From positions 47,514,958-47,578,957 of the forward strand of contig NC_068997.1 in the NCBI RefSeq assembly GCF_001194135.2: a stretch of DNA of 64,000 nt, read 5' to 3'. Position 1 is the first letter of the stretch, and each line of letters begins with the position of its first letter. The notes under the pieces are model-generated. The model was not told the DNA's origin. It worked only from the letters and a program-made list of their open reading frames with translations, and made no database searches. Positions 13,826-27,354 of this stretch are shown in pieces. The stretch is from Octopus bimaculoides (taxonomy: Eukaryota). The position numbers and the translations under genes are program-made.

Positions 13826-14510
13826 CTCTCCAGTGCATATCATTTTGTTGTAGTAGTTGATGATATTGCTATGTCAGCCACAGAGTATCACGCTTTCCTG
13901 CACTACTTGATTGATTGTGAGGGTGATTTGCCATTACTCTACTCCACCAAACTTTAAAGCACCTCATCAGTAACTCTTGGACGACCAGGCACATTCCTTA
14001 CGATCATATCTTTAATTTCTCTATGGCACATAATGATGTCAACTTGAATGGTAGACTCTACTACGAGTAGTCTCTCTTTCCCATGCATTCTCTATATTCA
14101 AGAATCTCTCATAGTAACAGTGTCATACTGCTTTCTTTTTGGCATGAATGTGAGCAAGTGTGCCATTATCATTCCATAACATATTCTCATGATATATATC
14201 TACTTTCTCACACTGCTTAACAATCTGAACCGCTTCACATTTGTGATTCTCATGTTGCAGAACATGTGCAAACTACTTCCTGCCTCCTGATGTCTTTCTT
14301 CCTCTTCTCACAAGCTGATATTTTACTTTGCAGCCCATTTCCTGCCAATCTTTTCAAGCCTGTCTTTTAGTCTATGTCTGTATCTGCAGTACTATGCTAC
14401 CTGTACATCACCCTACATCTGGTTGAGCCTTCCCCCAGCCACAGACTTGGTCTGTGGCCTGCAACAGGGTGTCGTTCAGAAAGTCAGGTTTCCTCTCTGC
14501 TATAAGTCTC
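13826..14510 (-). mobile_element. Degenerate RTE-like LINE fragment (endonuclease-RT linker to RT start)
   Basis: TLLQATDQVCGW, KRQA*KDW, a PGPSGITAEMLK-like segment and DALER. Confidence 0.7.
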
Positions 14511-15127
14511 TATTTCTTTCACCATATTCTTTTACTCTTCTACTTGTTTCAGTCATTTGACTGTGGCCATGCTAGAGCACCATCTTTTAGTTGAACAAAT
14601 TGACCCTAGGACTTATTCTTTGTAAGCTTAGTACTTATGTTGTTGGTCTCTTTTGCCAAACCACTAAGTTATGGGGACATAGACACACCAACATCGGTTG
14701 TCAAGCAAGAGTCGGGGGGAACAAACACAGACACACAAACATATACATATATATTTATATGATGGGCTTCGTTCAATTTCCATCTACTAAATCCACTCAC
14801 AAGGCATTGGTCAGCCCAAGGCTATAATAGAAGACAGTTGCCTAAGGTACCATGCAGTGGGAGTGAACCCGGAACCATGTGGCTGGTAAGCAAACTACTT
14901 ACTACACAGCCAGTCAGAAGTGTCACTTAGAATTTCTCTGAATCTGAAAGGCTGTCAGTTTCCATGTCTTCCTTCTCTAAATTGAGCTAGACAGAGAGGG
15001 AGAGAAAGAGAGAGAGAGAGAGAGTGACAGAGAGAGATGATAGTGAGACACGGGCATAGAGAGAGAGATGTCTAGACCAGTGCTATGCAATCGCTATACC
15101 GCGGCACACTGGTGTGCTATGCGACGC

Positions 15128-15780
15128 TCGGGGTCGATAAAGCAAGTACCAGCTGAGCACTGGGGTCCTTAAAATCGACTATCCCCTTCCCCCTGAATTT
15201 CTCAGCCTTGTAGCAGAGCCAGCAGAATCATTAGCATGCCGGGCAAAATGCTTAGCGGCATTTTATCTGGCTTTACGTTCAGAGTTCAAATTCCACTGTG
15301 GTTGACTTTACCTTTCATCCTTTTGGGGGTCTATAAATTAAGTACCAGTAAAAAAACTGGGGTTGATGTAATTCATTAGTCCCCTTCCACCAAATTTTAG
15401 GCCTAGTGTCCAGTAGAAAGGATTATAATAATAATAATTATTATTATTATTATTATTCTGAGTTAAAAACCTTCCAGGGTTGACTATGCCTTTCATCCTT
15501 TTGGGATTGATTAAATAAGTATCAATTTAATCATCTTACCCGTACCCATTAAATTTGCTGGCTTTGTGCCAGAATTTAACTTTTATTATTGGCCAGAATC
15601 CTTATTGCATCAGACAAAATTCTTCCTGCTCTTTGTGTTCTGAGTTCAAATGTCATCAAGGTCCTTCAGTTTCATTCCTTCAGGCTGAAAGAATGAATAC
15701 CAGTCGAGCACTGGGGTTGATGTAATCAACTAACCACACTCCTTAACATTAGTGGCCTTGTGCCAAAATTTGAAACTATT
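15128..15780 (+). mobile_element. Cluster of several SINE family B copies and fragments
   Basis: Repeated gagttcaaa...ttcatcctt...taccag...ctggggttgatgtaat units. Confidence 0.7.
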
Positions 15781-18700
15781 ATTAGCAATATCTGAAATGA
15801 AGACGGCAAGATATTAATATGTTTAAGATATTTTGATAGCTTCAAATCCTCCAATGTATTTCAATGAAACTAATAAATCTTTCGTTATATTCTTTTTGAT
15901 ACAGTTCTAGAGTTGAGACTGAAACATGAGAGACTGGCTCTCAATTTTGTTGAAAGTCTCTATAAACAAAGTAGGCTGTGTTTAGACAAATGATTAAGAA
16001 TTTTATAATTTGTTTAGGCCATTGTATATAAGATAACTTTTAGGCTCATGTCTGAGAGGAAAGATGATTATTTTTCTGTTGGGAACATTAGTAAATGTAA
16101 GCTTTACATCAAACATTCTCCTTTTATTTTTTTCATGAGGGAGAAGACAAAAAGAAGTATCTCTGTTGATGGCACCTATCAACAAAACATCTTAATATGT
16201 CTGAAATGTCAAAAGGAAATTATTCTAAATACACCCATCTTCAACTTTTATATGTTATTTATATAATTGTGTTTTCGTCTAATGTATGTGGTTTTCATTT
16301 CATTTTCATTAAGAAATATATATTTCTACATTTCTGATATATTTTATTAGTCAGAAGATTGCTCTTTTGACATTCTTCCACAAGGAATTTAATTTTGTTG
16401 GAGCCAGAAGTTCCAGTGTTCTTGCTGACTTCTCAAACTTGTACAAAGCTAATTATATTTCCCAGCACTGAATATCAACAGACTCTAGCAGTGCCCATTA
16501 TTATTCACTCAGTTGTTATCTTTTATTATCAGTTTTCACTCTGGCATTTTTACCTTCTTTAATTAATTTATGAATTGCACCAGTTTGACAGGATGAATGT
16601 CCTTTTCTCTCTTTTATATCTATAGCCATCCTCCGCATAAAAAGGACGTCAATAGGAAAAATAAGTTTTGTGTTAGGCTTCCACATTATGGAAAGATTTT
16701 TCAGAAACACTTGTAATATAAGGGGATTCTCATACATTCACATTTAGAATCATCATCATCATCATTTAACATCTGTTTTCCATGTTGATGTGGATTTAAC
16801 AGTTTGATGGGAACTGGCCAGTTGGAGAGCTGCACCAGGCTCCAATTGTCTGATTTGGCATAATCTCAATGGCTGGATACCATTCCTAATGCCAACCACT
16901 TTACGGGGTGTACCAGGTGCTTTTTACGTTGTATCATGCTATTACATGGCACCAGTACCAGTGGTATCATGTGCCACTGGCACAAGTGCTTTTTACATGG
17001 CACCAGCCTTATACAAATCGAAATTAGCCCTGGTTCTCAAATCATACTTTATTTCATTGACCCTGGAAGAATGAAAAGCAAAGTTGATCTCAGTACAATA
17101 GGAACTCTGAATGCTAAATTCCCATAACTAAACACCACTGGGCATTTTATCTGATGCTCTGGCAATTCTTATAATTCACTAAGTCAATGTTGAATTATGT
17201 ACAAACCACTGAGAGTTAAATCTCTGTTGTGGCTCTGTCGAGTCTACTATGTTTTCTTGGATAAGTATTAATAGATAAGCATTACATAAAGGAAATTATT
17301 CAACTGCGACTGTTCAGGTCTTTAGACACCAGCCCTCTTATATTACTGGTGTGCTTTTCATTTCCAGTTTTGAAGAACAGGAACCACTGTGACTGAAGAA
17401 GTATCTAGATGACCATTCTATTTTTAATAACTCCAGTGTGGAATGAGAGCTAAAGAGAGTGATGCTGTTTTACCTGTTGCCATGCTAGGAATAGCAACCA
17501 AATCTATCATTCTTACAAAAAAAGAACACTTTAGAGAATGTAGTCTTAGGCTAAGGACTTTAAACATGCATTTTATGAGCGATTCTGACTAAAAGCATCT
17601 GACAAAACCAAGATTGTGCAGCTGTCTTCTTGCAACTGTTGAGATCATTAGAGATATATATGCTTTGTGGACATTTCTGGAGCTAAACAAGAACTGATCT
17701 GTGAGACACTCTTATGGACAACCTGACATTGATATATTCAGGTTGCTTGTTCAGCTGGCCCACTGAATGCTTAGTATGATAAAGGTGGATGGTGTATTTT
17801 ATTTGGATAAATCCAAGCCCACCTAAATGGATCTTAGATGCACTAACTCTGAATTAAACACAGACATGTTTATCAGAGGGTTTGATGTTCACTGTATTAG
17901 ATTTATTCACATTAACATAACTACTCTCCCTGTCATCACATTACATATTTCCAATTTTCCTTAAGTGGGACTCCAAAATTAATTAATACTGTGTGTATAT
18001 AGGCTTTTAGAATAAAATTTGGTAAGATATTGAAAGAAGCTCATCATATATATATGTGTGGTGTGTGTGTATTTGTGAGTCTGTGTTTGTCCCTCCCACC
18101 ATTGCTTGACACCAGTGTTGGTGTGTTTACATTCCTGTAACTTAGCAGTTTGGCAAAAGACACCATTAAAATAAGTGCTAAGCTTACAAAGAATAAGACC
18201 TGGGGTCGACTTGTTTGACTAAAGGCAGTGCCCCAGCATGGCCACTGTCAAATGACTGAAACAAGTAAAAGATTAAGAGAATGAATCAACCCTGGTAATT
18301 ATCTTTTTTGAAAGCCTTTTACTTTTTCTACCAGTCTTTTTTATCAAGCTGTTAAGTTATAGGGATGTAAACACACCAACACCGGTGGGGACTGACACAT
18401 ACCCCCCCCCCACACACACACATGTATATGAGTGGTTTCTTTCAGTTTCCGTCTACCAAATTCACTCACAATGCTTTGGTTGGCCCAAGATGCTATGTAG
18501 TGGGACTGAACCTGGAACCATGTGGTTGGGGAGCAAGTTACTTCTTACCACAGAGCCATGCCTGTTTTTTAATTAATTTTATAACGGAAAATATTTTAAC
18601 ACTAACATTTATATAAAGTTATTTCTATAAAAACTGTTTTAAGATTGAAAATTGTATTTTAAGCATTTTTGAGGATTTAAGATTCTAGCAGTCAATAAAA

Positions 18701-21196
18701 AACAAAAAACTGTACAAAAATATTTCTTGGAAGAAATGTCAGCTCAAAAAGAGAATGGTTTACATTTGAAGAACTAAAGCAGACTCAATTCCATTTAGTT
18801 TTACTGATAATTGGTTGATTGCTGGGAGCATTTGGAAGTTAATGAGCATAAGGGAGAGACGTGTCATTGAAGCAGAAGAGATAATTACAATATTGATTCA
18901 GTCATGTATGTGGTCATTGTATACATGTGTATATATAAGTATATATATATATATGTGTGTGTATATGTATGTGTGTGTATATGTAAGTATATATATGTGT
19001 GTGTGTGTATATGTAAGTATGTATATATGTGTGTGTGTATGTGTGTGTATGTGTAGGTATGCGTATGTGTGTATATGTAGGTGTATATATATGTATATGT
19101 AGGTATATATGTGTATGTATAAATATGTGTATATGTGTCTGCATGCACATGTAAATATATGTATGTGTATATGTATGTGTGTGTGTACACATGTAGAAAT
19201 GTATACGTGTGTGTGTGTGTATACATGTATGTGTGTGTGTACACATGTAGATATATATTTGTGTATATATGTGGGTGTGTGTGTCTGTGTGTGTAGATAA
19301 AAGAATACTGACTTCCTATAACGGCACATAAAAATGTTTGGATGTATGTATGTATAATCAATGGCTCTAGAGCTGTGGTAAACTTCTATTGAGTAGAGTT
19401 TAGTTCTACAGGTTCGATTCCAGACCTAATTCTCTTCCCTTCTTCTACCTGTAACATGTGACTGAGATCTTCAGCCTGGAGCAGGATCGACTTTGCTCGT
19501 CTTAATATGGAAGGTCTTATGCTTAGTTAAAGGACATTTTCATGTGTTTGTTCAATGGCAAAATTTAAATCATTGTAAACAAAACAACCTCCCCACCACA
19601 ATCTCTTTCCAAATAAATTTTATATGTCCCTTAGCCCAATATGGGCCCTGATCAAGCAGACCAGCAATGACCATCCTGTTCCACCACCACCAAGCACAGT
19701 GAATCTAGAGCACTTTTAGTGTGTACTTGTCCAATACAGTAGAGTATGATAGGATGGAGATTTGACTATCATTTCTAGTAGGTTAAGTGATTTATTATAT
19801 AGACTGTCTATTGACTTATGTCTTGTGTGTGTGTGTGTGTGTGTGTGTGTCTATTCATATTGAACAGTGTTGGTAAATCGAGCAGATCCAGAAATAGTTA
19901 AAAATGTCTTCAAGAATTAGATTTCATCTCTTGCTTGTTTCAGTCATTAGCCTGCAGCCATGGAGGATTTTAACTGAATGAATCATCCCTTCCTCTGCCA
20001 CCCAGTACTTTTCTTTCTTTAAAGCTGGTACTTATTCTATCAGTCTCTTCCACTGTAGTAGAAGACACTTGCCCAAGGTGGAACTGAGCCCAGAACCATG
20101 TGGTTGGGAAGCAAGCTTCTTACCACACAAGGCTAGGTATTGAGAGGGTAAAGTATGAAGGAACGGGTAGGAAAAGAATTCTTGCTGCAGAGGAGATACA
20201 TGGTTACCTTGCATAATATAAAAATGGGTGGAAATAATCAGGGTGGAGCAAAGTTGAAATATTTTGAAAGGAAATGCACTGATACCCTCATTTATGTTCA
20301 CTTTCCATGTTGACATGAAAAACGGATGTAAATATTTTTAATTCTTTCCTTTCTGTTATAAACACTTTATTCTGTGCATAAACTCGTAATATTAATTTCC
20401 AACAACAGACCTCAAGTGACTTTAGAAAGTTAAAACTATCATTTTATCAACAAAGTTTCCTTCCACATACTCCTCTGATGATAATGATACTTAGCAACAT
20501 TCATCTCTATCAAAATACATATTCCATTCGTCTGTAGAGGAAGGTTACAGTTCTGTCCACATATTTTAGTTGGAACTACTCCCAACTAAAGGTCACCCTT
20601 ACCTTGTTGAAGCTGATATTTCTCTTTCATTCTTAAAACCCAAGATATTTTAATTCTAAAGTAAATACTAATTTTTAGTATTTCATAAGGCTTGAACTCA
20701 TTACCAGTTTCTATTTACCAAATCCACTCACAAGTCAGCCTGAGGCTGTAGTAGAAGACACTTGCCCACTGTGCCATGCAGTGGGACTCAGCTCAGAATC
20801 ATGTGGTTGGGAAGTAAGCTTCTTAGCACACAACCATGCCTGGTAAAAATAATTTAATTTCTTTTTCACTCAAGTTAACAAGTAAAATTTTCTTCCAAAA
20901 CTTTCATTCATTGCCAAAAGTCCCTTAAAAACATTACCTTCAATCTCTGGTTTACCTCTGTATTATTTCTCTTTCATCTCTTCCACTGTTTCTGCATAAT
21001 TACAAAATGGATCTTGTATGTAGTTGCCTGATGTGCTAGAAATAGCAGCCTAATCTTCCTTAGATCATATTGTATTCATCCTCATTTAACACCCATGTTC
21101 TATGCTGGCATGGGTTGGATAGTGATGGATCCAAGGACTGCATCAAGTTCCAGTATCTGCTTTGGTATGGTTTTTATGGATTAATGCCAACTGTTT

Positions 21197-21231
<35 letters not shown>

Positions 21232-21233
<2 letters not shown>

Positions 21234-21420
21234 AGTAAATAGTGGGGTTGTGTTAACCGTACGTGGAGAAATAATAGGAAAATGAAGAATAAGGCAGAAT
21301 GCTAAATTGGAAGCATGTTTTAATAAAGATTTCTAACCGGCTTTCATTGCGAAGCAAATTTTCAAGAAGGAGAATGAAAATGTTTTTTACAAAGAAGTAC
21401 AAAATGAAGAAAATAATATA
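21232..21420 (-). mobile_element. PLE-terminus-like fragment next to (TA)n with a variant hammerhead-like core
   Basis: Minus strand reads ttc-TTGAAAA-tttgc ttc gcaat-GAAA-gccggt-TA-gaa; a related short fragment lies at about 61905-61940. Confidence 0.45.
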
Positions 21421-21441
21421 TAAAAAAAATAATATATAAAA

Positions 21442-22322
21442 NNNNNNNNNNNNNNNNNNNNNNNNNNNNNNNNNNNNNNNNNNNNNNNNNNNNNNNNNNN
21501 NNNNNNNNNNNNNNNNNNNNNNNNNNNNNNNNNNNNNNNNNNNNNNNNNNNNNNNNNNNNNNNNNNNNNNNNNNNNNNNNNNNNNNNNNNNNNNNNNNNN
21601 NNNNNNNNNNNNNNNNNNNNNNNNNNNNNNNNNNNNNNNNNNNNNNNNNNNNNNNNNNNNNNNNNNNNNNNNNNNNNNNNNNNNNNNNNNNNNNNNNNNN
21701 NNNNNNNNNNNNNNNNNNNNNNNNNNNNNNNNNNNNNNNNNNNNNNNNNNNNNNNNNNNNNNNNNNNNNNNNNNNNNNNNNNNNNNNNNNNNNNNNNNNN
21801 NNNNNNNNNNNNNNNNNNNNNNNNNNNNNNNNNNNNNNNNNNNNNNNNNNNNNNNNNNNNNNNNNNNNNNNNNNNNNNNNNNNNNNNNNNNNNNNNNNNN
21901 NNNNNNNNNNNNNNNNNNNNNNNNNNNNNNNNNNNNNNNNNNNNNNNNNNNNNNNNNNNNNNNNNNNNNNNNNNNNNNNNNNNNNNNNNNNNNNNNNNNN
22001 NNNNNNNNNNNNNNNNNNNNNNNNNNNNNNNNNNNNNNNNNNNNNNNNNNNNNNNNNNNNNNNNNNNNNNNNNNNNNNNNNNNNNNNNNNNNNNNNNNNN
22101 NNNNNNNNNNNNNNNNNNNNNNNNNNNNNNNNNNNNNNNNNNNNNNNNNNNNNNNNNNNNNNNNNNNNNNNNNNNNNNNNNNNNNNNNNNNNNNNNNNNN
22201 NNNNNNNNNNNNNNNNNNNNNNNNNNNNNNNNNNNNNNNNNNNNNNNNNNNNNNNNNNNNNNNNNNNNNNNNNNNNNNNNNNNNNNNNNNNNNNNNNNNN
22301 NNNNNNNNNNNNNNNNNNNNNN
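21442..22322. other. Assembly gap (largest in the window)
   Basis: N-run. Other gaps at about 2630-2659, 7714-8125, 11103-11232, 24368-24626, 25335-25489, 27435-27994, 41255-41264, 51141-51150. Confidence 0.99.
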
Positions 22323-24765
22323 TTTATTTATTTATTTATTTATTTATTTTAGTGTCACTGGCACCAGTGAGGTTTCCATGCAACTCACAAGACAATGAAA
22401 CCTGAAGCTTTATGTTAAAGTATGCAAGAAGTGGAAGGGGCAGGAGAGGCGGTTCTTGTTTTAGAGACGCTATATAGCTGTGGTCCTAGACATACTGTCT
22501 GAAAAAAAAAACGGTAGGATTGTCATGCTTCGAATGCCTTTGCTCATTAGTCTACTCGATCAAGGCTTAGTTGCAACCAAACAACTTCACCGTCCTCACA
22601 ATAAACCAAAATCTCCTCTCAATCACACCTTTCTCATCTTAAAAGGGAAATGAATAACACATTGATAATGTAGCCCTAGTTACAGTAAGCATGAAAAAAT
22701 ATGGGATCATTGTGGTTTGAATGATCATTTGAACATAAACTTGCTCAATGAAGAAACAACTACAATCCCACCCACTTTCACCAAACAGACTGTCTGGCTT
22801 CCATGTCACCAGGGAGCTTTCATTTTTCTCTTGATTCCTGATCTCACTTTAACTTGAAATATAAACCTAACATCAATTGTATCAATATGATGTCATCAAG
22901 TTTAGTTTGAGACTGCAATTAACTTAATGAGGCTCTGTAAAGCATGGATGCTAATTGACAATGGTTATTCCACTCCAGAACTTACTAGACTTGAACAATG
23001 AATGGGTGTAGAATGAAAATTTAACTACTACCTTAATATATACCAACATGACTAAGTGCACTAGAAACCGAAACCTATTAGTTTCTCTCTGCAGTTTTGG
23101 ATACATTTGTGTTGTTAAAATGATAGTTTTACAAAAATAAAAACATTAATTGAAACTTTTAAGTAGATATTATATTTCTTTTATATTTACTAATTATATG
23201 TTAATGTGAGTCAGTGGTTATCAACCATTGTTTTTACCTATGGACCCCTGTCATTTCTATTTTACTCTACTGGTCCCCTCTAGCGATACAATGTTTTAAA
23301 AAAACTTCTCTGTGTTTTTGATCTTATATTATAAAAGAGAAGCTGATCTCCATCTGCCTGTCTGTCTGTCACAACATTCATGTAGGAGGGAAAAAGTGGA
23401 GTAAGCCCCCATTACAACCTATATTTAGGGGGTAAGAAGGAAGGAGAAAAAATTGTGAGAGAAATGCACTGAGAGAGAGAGAAAATGCATGTGTATGTGA
23501 AAGACAGATAGGTAGTGTTGTCCACCATAGTAACTAATAAGCTTTGATTTAAAACATTGGAATTTTAAGAATCTTAATTAAAAAAATAAAATTAAACACT
23601 GTAGTTTTATATTATTTATTGATGTAAAATGTTAACTGTACAAATATAGTTGAGTTGAAGTACACTGAAAATATACATTAATGTAGAAATATATTGTGCA
23701 AAAATATGCTTAGTATTTGGACATGGTAAAAATAATCTTTCAGTGAATATAAAATATATATTAATTTTATTTTTGTTCAATAGAAAGGACATATTTTTTT
23801 TTTTGAGGCGTGGGGATAGAATTGACAGGAATATTTTTGGTACATGTGTTTCACTAACAAATTATCAATAGCTTTAATGTATCAAATGGCTGATAATTAG
23901 AAGTCAGATCACATTTTTTCTTTTATGATTTTGTTTAGCAAAAAGTGGTTTCCACAATTGAAAATAAAAAAAAAAAACCTTGTGTTGAGAGCAAATAAAT
24001 ATATAAAATAACAGTAAAAGCAATGGGTCCCAAAAAATGAGTTGAGCATGGACCTTCAAATCAAACACACAATGACAACAACCCGTATATCTTCTACGCT
24101 TTCTTTTTTTTTTTTTCATAAACATCTTGGGTTTTTTTCTTTCTTTTTCTGTGAATTAACCTAACCATAATACTCATTTACTCATTAATACTACAGAATG
24201 TTAGGAATACAGCTTCGAGGTCTTCAAACTGTAGAAAATTTACATTGTGGTACCAGACCAGACCAGTTTTATTTATGTGTTGAAAATTTTCTGTCCCTTA
24301 TTTTAGACCATAAATGTAATTTTAATAGCGAAAAAAATAAAACAACAAAAAAACCCCAAAAGTGTTANNNNNNNNNNNNNNNNNNNNNNNNNNNNNNNNN
24401 NNNNNNNNNNNNNNNNNNNNNNNNNNNNNNNNNNNNNNNNNNNNNNNNNNNNNNNNNNNNNNNNNNNNNNNNNNNNNNNNNNNNNNNNNNNNNNNNNNNN
24501 NNNNNNNNNNNNNNNNNNNNNNNNNNNNNNNNNNNNNNNNNNNNNNNNNNNNNNNNNNNNNNNNNNNNNNNNNNNNNNNNNNNNNNNNNNNNNNNNNNNN
24601 NNNNNNNNNNNNNNNNNNNNNNNNNCATACACACATACACAAAGTATGGTGATTTAAATGATTAGGTGTGCTAGGTAAGTGCTGTAATGGATTACTGGGG
24701 TTCCAAGGTTATAACCGGGATTGTAGTTATGGAGCCATTGCAGATTTCCGATGCAGTGGATATAT

Positions 24766-25334
24766 AATTGTTAAACAGGATGTCAAACATGAAGGCTGTT
24801 TCTGGGATATCCCTGAGTATGGGATATTCCATCATCAGAGACAAATTGGGGAAGAAATATGGAAAATGAGAATGGTATATATCAATAAGATGACAGCATA
24901 GAGGAAGGGAGTAAAAGAATAAGATGGAAAGAAAGAAGAAAAAAGAAGCATAAAAGTTCATACTTCAATTTTTCTTGGGATGTCTACTATATCAGGACTT
25001 TATCCCACATGGATCTCTGCAGGATTGCACCTAAGGACTCATACTTTGGTTTCTATAACTTCAGAAAGTTGAACTATGAACTTCTATGCTTCTTTTCTCT
25101 TCTTTCTCTCCATCTCCTTATTCTTTTACTCCCTTCCTCTACATTGTCATCTTATTGATATACATCATTCTCATTTTCTATATTTTTTCCAAATTTATCT
25201 CTGATGACAGAATATCCCATACTCGGGGATATCACAGAAACAGCTGTAATATTTTGAATTTCATCCTGTAGTAATATTGTATATGACTTGAGATGTTTGC
25301 CTTACCTTAATGTTTGACGTCCTGTTTAACAATT
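24766..25334. repeat. Inverted repeat (about 24766-24970 vs 25068-25334), PLE pseudo-LTR-like, with hammerhead motifs
   Basis: Arms are reverse complements (aattgttaaacagga... / ...tcctgtttaacaatt) with an indel; the right arm abuts an N-gap. Confidence 0.85.
25195..25255 (+). ncRNA. Type I hammerhead ribozyme-like motif
   Basis: CTGATGA 25201-25207; stem II atatccc/gggatat; GAAA 25237-25240; palindromic cagctg; UA cleavage site 25247-25248; stem I degenerate. Confidence 0.65.
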
Positions 25335-25514
25335 NNNNNNNNNNNNNNNNNNNNNNNNNNNNNNNNNNNNNNNNNNNNNNNNNNNNNNNNNNNNNNNNNN
25401 NNNNNNNNNNNNNNNNNNNNNNNNNNNNNNNNNNNNNNNNNNNNNNNNNNNNNNNNNNNNNNNNNNNNNNNNNNNNNNNNNNNNNNNNNTATATATATAT
25501 ATATATATATATTT

Positions 25515-26110
25515 GAAGGAACTTTTCATGGCACCTGTGTATATCTTACATGCACGTGTGTTATCCATTTGGACTTTGGTCCTATATACAATTCCTTTCA
25601 CCAGACAATTTCCTTCTAAAGGACAGCAACTTTGGTCTTTACAGTTGCATTTAGTTTTGTTATTTATTTCAGCACCATTGGCTTTACTAATGGTCTTTAT
25701 TACCCTTAAAGGGTTGACTTCTTGCTTCGATATTCACCATTTTGTATAAGTTACCATTTGTTTTTTTTTTATTTGTATCTGTAATACTATTTGAAAGTAG
25801 TCTGTTGTGAAGGTTTTTTCCTACTGTGTATAAGGTTTTTGTCTTGTCGGACTTCATGGAAATTTTATCTGAATTCCTAATATTTTTAATATTGTCATTC
25901 ATAGTTTTCTGGAGTGTGTTACTGATTTTACGAAATTTAATCTAACAAGTGTGAAGAGGTCCTTTTCGAAAGGTTCTAATTCCATGATTGGTGGTAGATT
26001 TTTCGTAGATTTAAGTCCATACCTATTTGTGTTATTTTGTTGCTCTTTCTTGTCAAAGAAATGTGCCCACCGCAAATATGAAATAGAAGCAGCACTAAGG
26101 TAATAAACAT
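25515..26110 (-). mobile_element. Penelope-like element ORF remnant, internally deleted (RT N-terminal region plus Cys-rich/GIY-YIG endonuclease start)
   Basis: Frameshifted pieces RWAHFF...YGLKS...PPIMELEPFEKDL, KSDKTKTLY...LLSNSIT, then KCNCKDQSCCPLEGNCLVKGIVYRTKV...KIYTG...SFK. Confidence 0.8.
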
Positions 26111-27354
26111 TATCGACCATATATACTTAACGTATATGCTTAATGTATTTACAACAACAAATTGCAACCTACCACCAAATACACAAAGCATATATGTTAA
26201 ATAGATGTGGTCGATTATGTTTACACACACATTAATTATACTTTTACAAGAAGAGTAGTAACAGTGACTTTGGACAGACTGCTGAAAGTTAGCTCGCTGA
26301 AACTTTGAAGTCACTGTCACTGTTCTTTTTGTAAAAGGTTTAATATGTATTCTACAAAAAGTACTACTCAGCATAAAAACAAACATACTTATATGTAAAA
26401 TTCAGATACATATTTTTGAAAGAGGAAAAAGAAGACACTTATAAAATTAGTTTTTCCTTATATTAAGCTCATTCATCATTGTATGATGTATGCATGTATG
26501 TGTGATATCATTTACTCTTTCATGAGATGGACATTTTCTGTTAAAAGATGTAGAAAGATCTATATATATATATATATAAAAAAAAAACAGTTGTGGAAAT
26601 TAAAAGTGAATTATCCATTGCATTACCTGTAAATTCCACAATTAACCTTTCTGTGATGATTTTTTTCCTTTTTTTTTTTTTACTAAAGCAGTCCGTTACA
26701 TAGAGCAGTCATGGAATATTCTTTGCACCAAGTGTACTTTTATATATAAAGTATGATATGATTAAATAATTATTTCTCCCACCCATTTTAGCCCCTTGGA
26801 ATAATTGGTCGTACTTGTCTGTTTAAATGTCTACTACATATTAATATTACTTCTAGAAATGTCTTTTTTCTTTTAATTAATTGTAACCATAAGAATTTTG
26901 TGTTAGCAATGATATTGTTGTTAAATATAATCAATAAACATTGTTTCATTGTATAATATTAGTTTCATTATGCAACATGAAATCACAGCATTTTTTTTTT
27001 TTGTCAAATATGAAAATATTACAATTTCTTTTAGTATGTTTATAATGCTAATCATTAAATTTCTTTACTATAAATTTTCTTTTCCCCTACACCAACTTAC
27101 ATTCAACATCTGCAAATAGAGATGTTGTTATTATTAATAAATAAATTTTATATATGAAAATATTGAGTGAAAAAACAGGGAAAAAATTTTGTTCTGTCAT
27201 TCATTTCTTTGGAATGTGTTTGAGGGTGGGATGGCTCTTTTCACAACAATATATCAAAGACAGGAAACTCTTCTATTAAGTAGTGATGATTAATTTAAAA
27301 TTTTCTCAGATGCATATATATATATATATATATATCATAAATATAAGGGATTAG

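Noticed and set aside
16626-16750. Plus-strand acceptor followed by open frames (HPPHKKDVNRK...)
   Set aside because: Two frames are open, no homology is recognised and no partner exons were found; too weak to call
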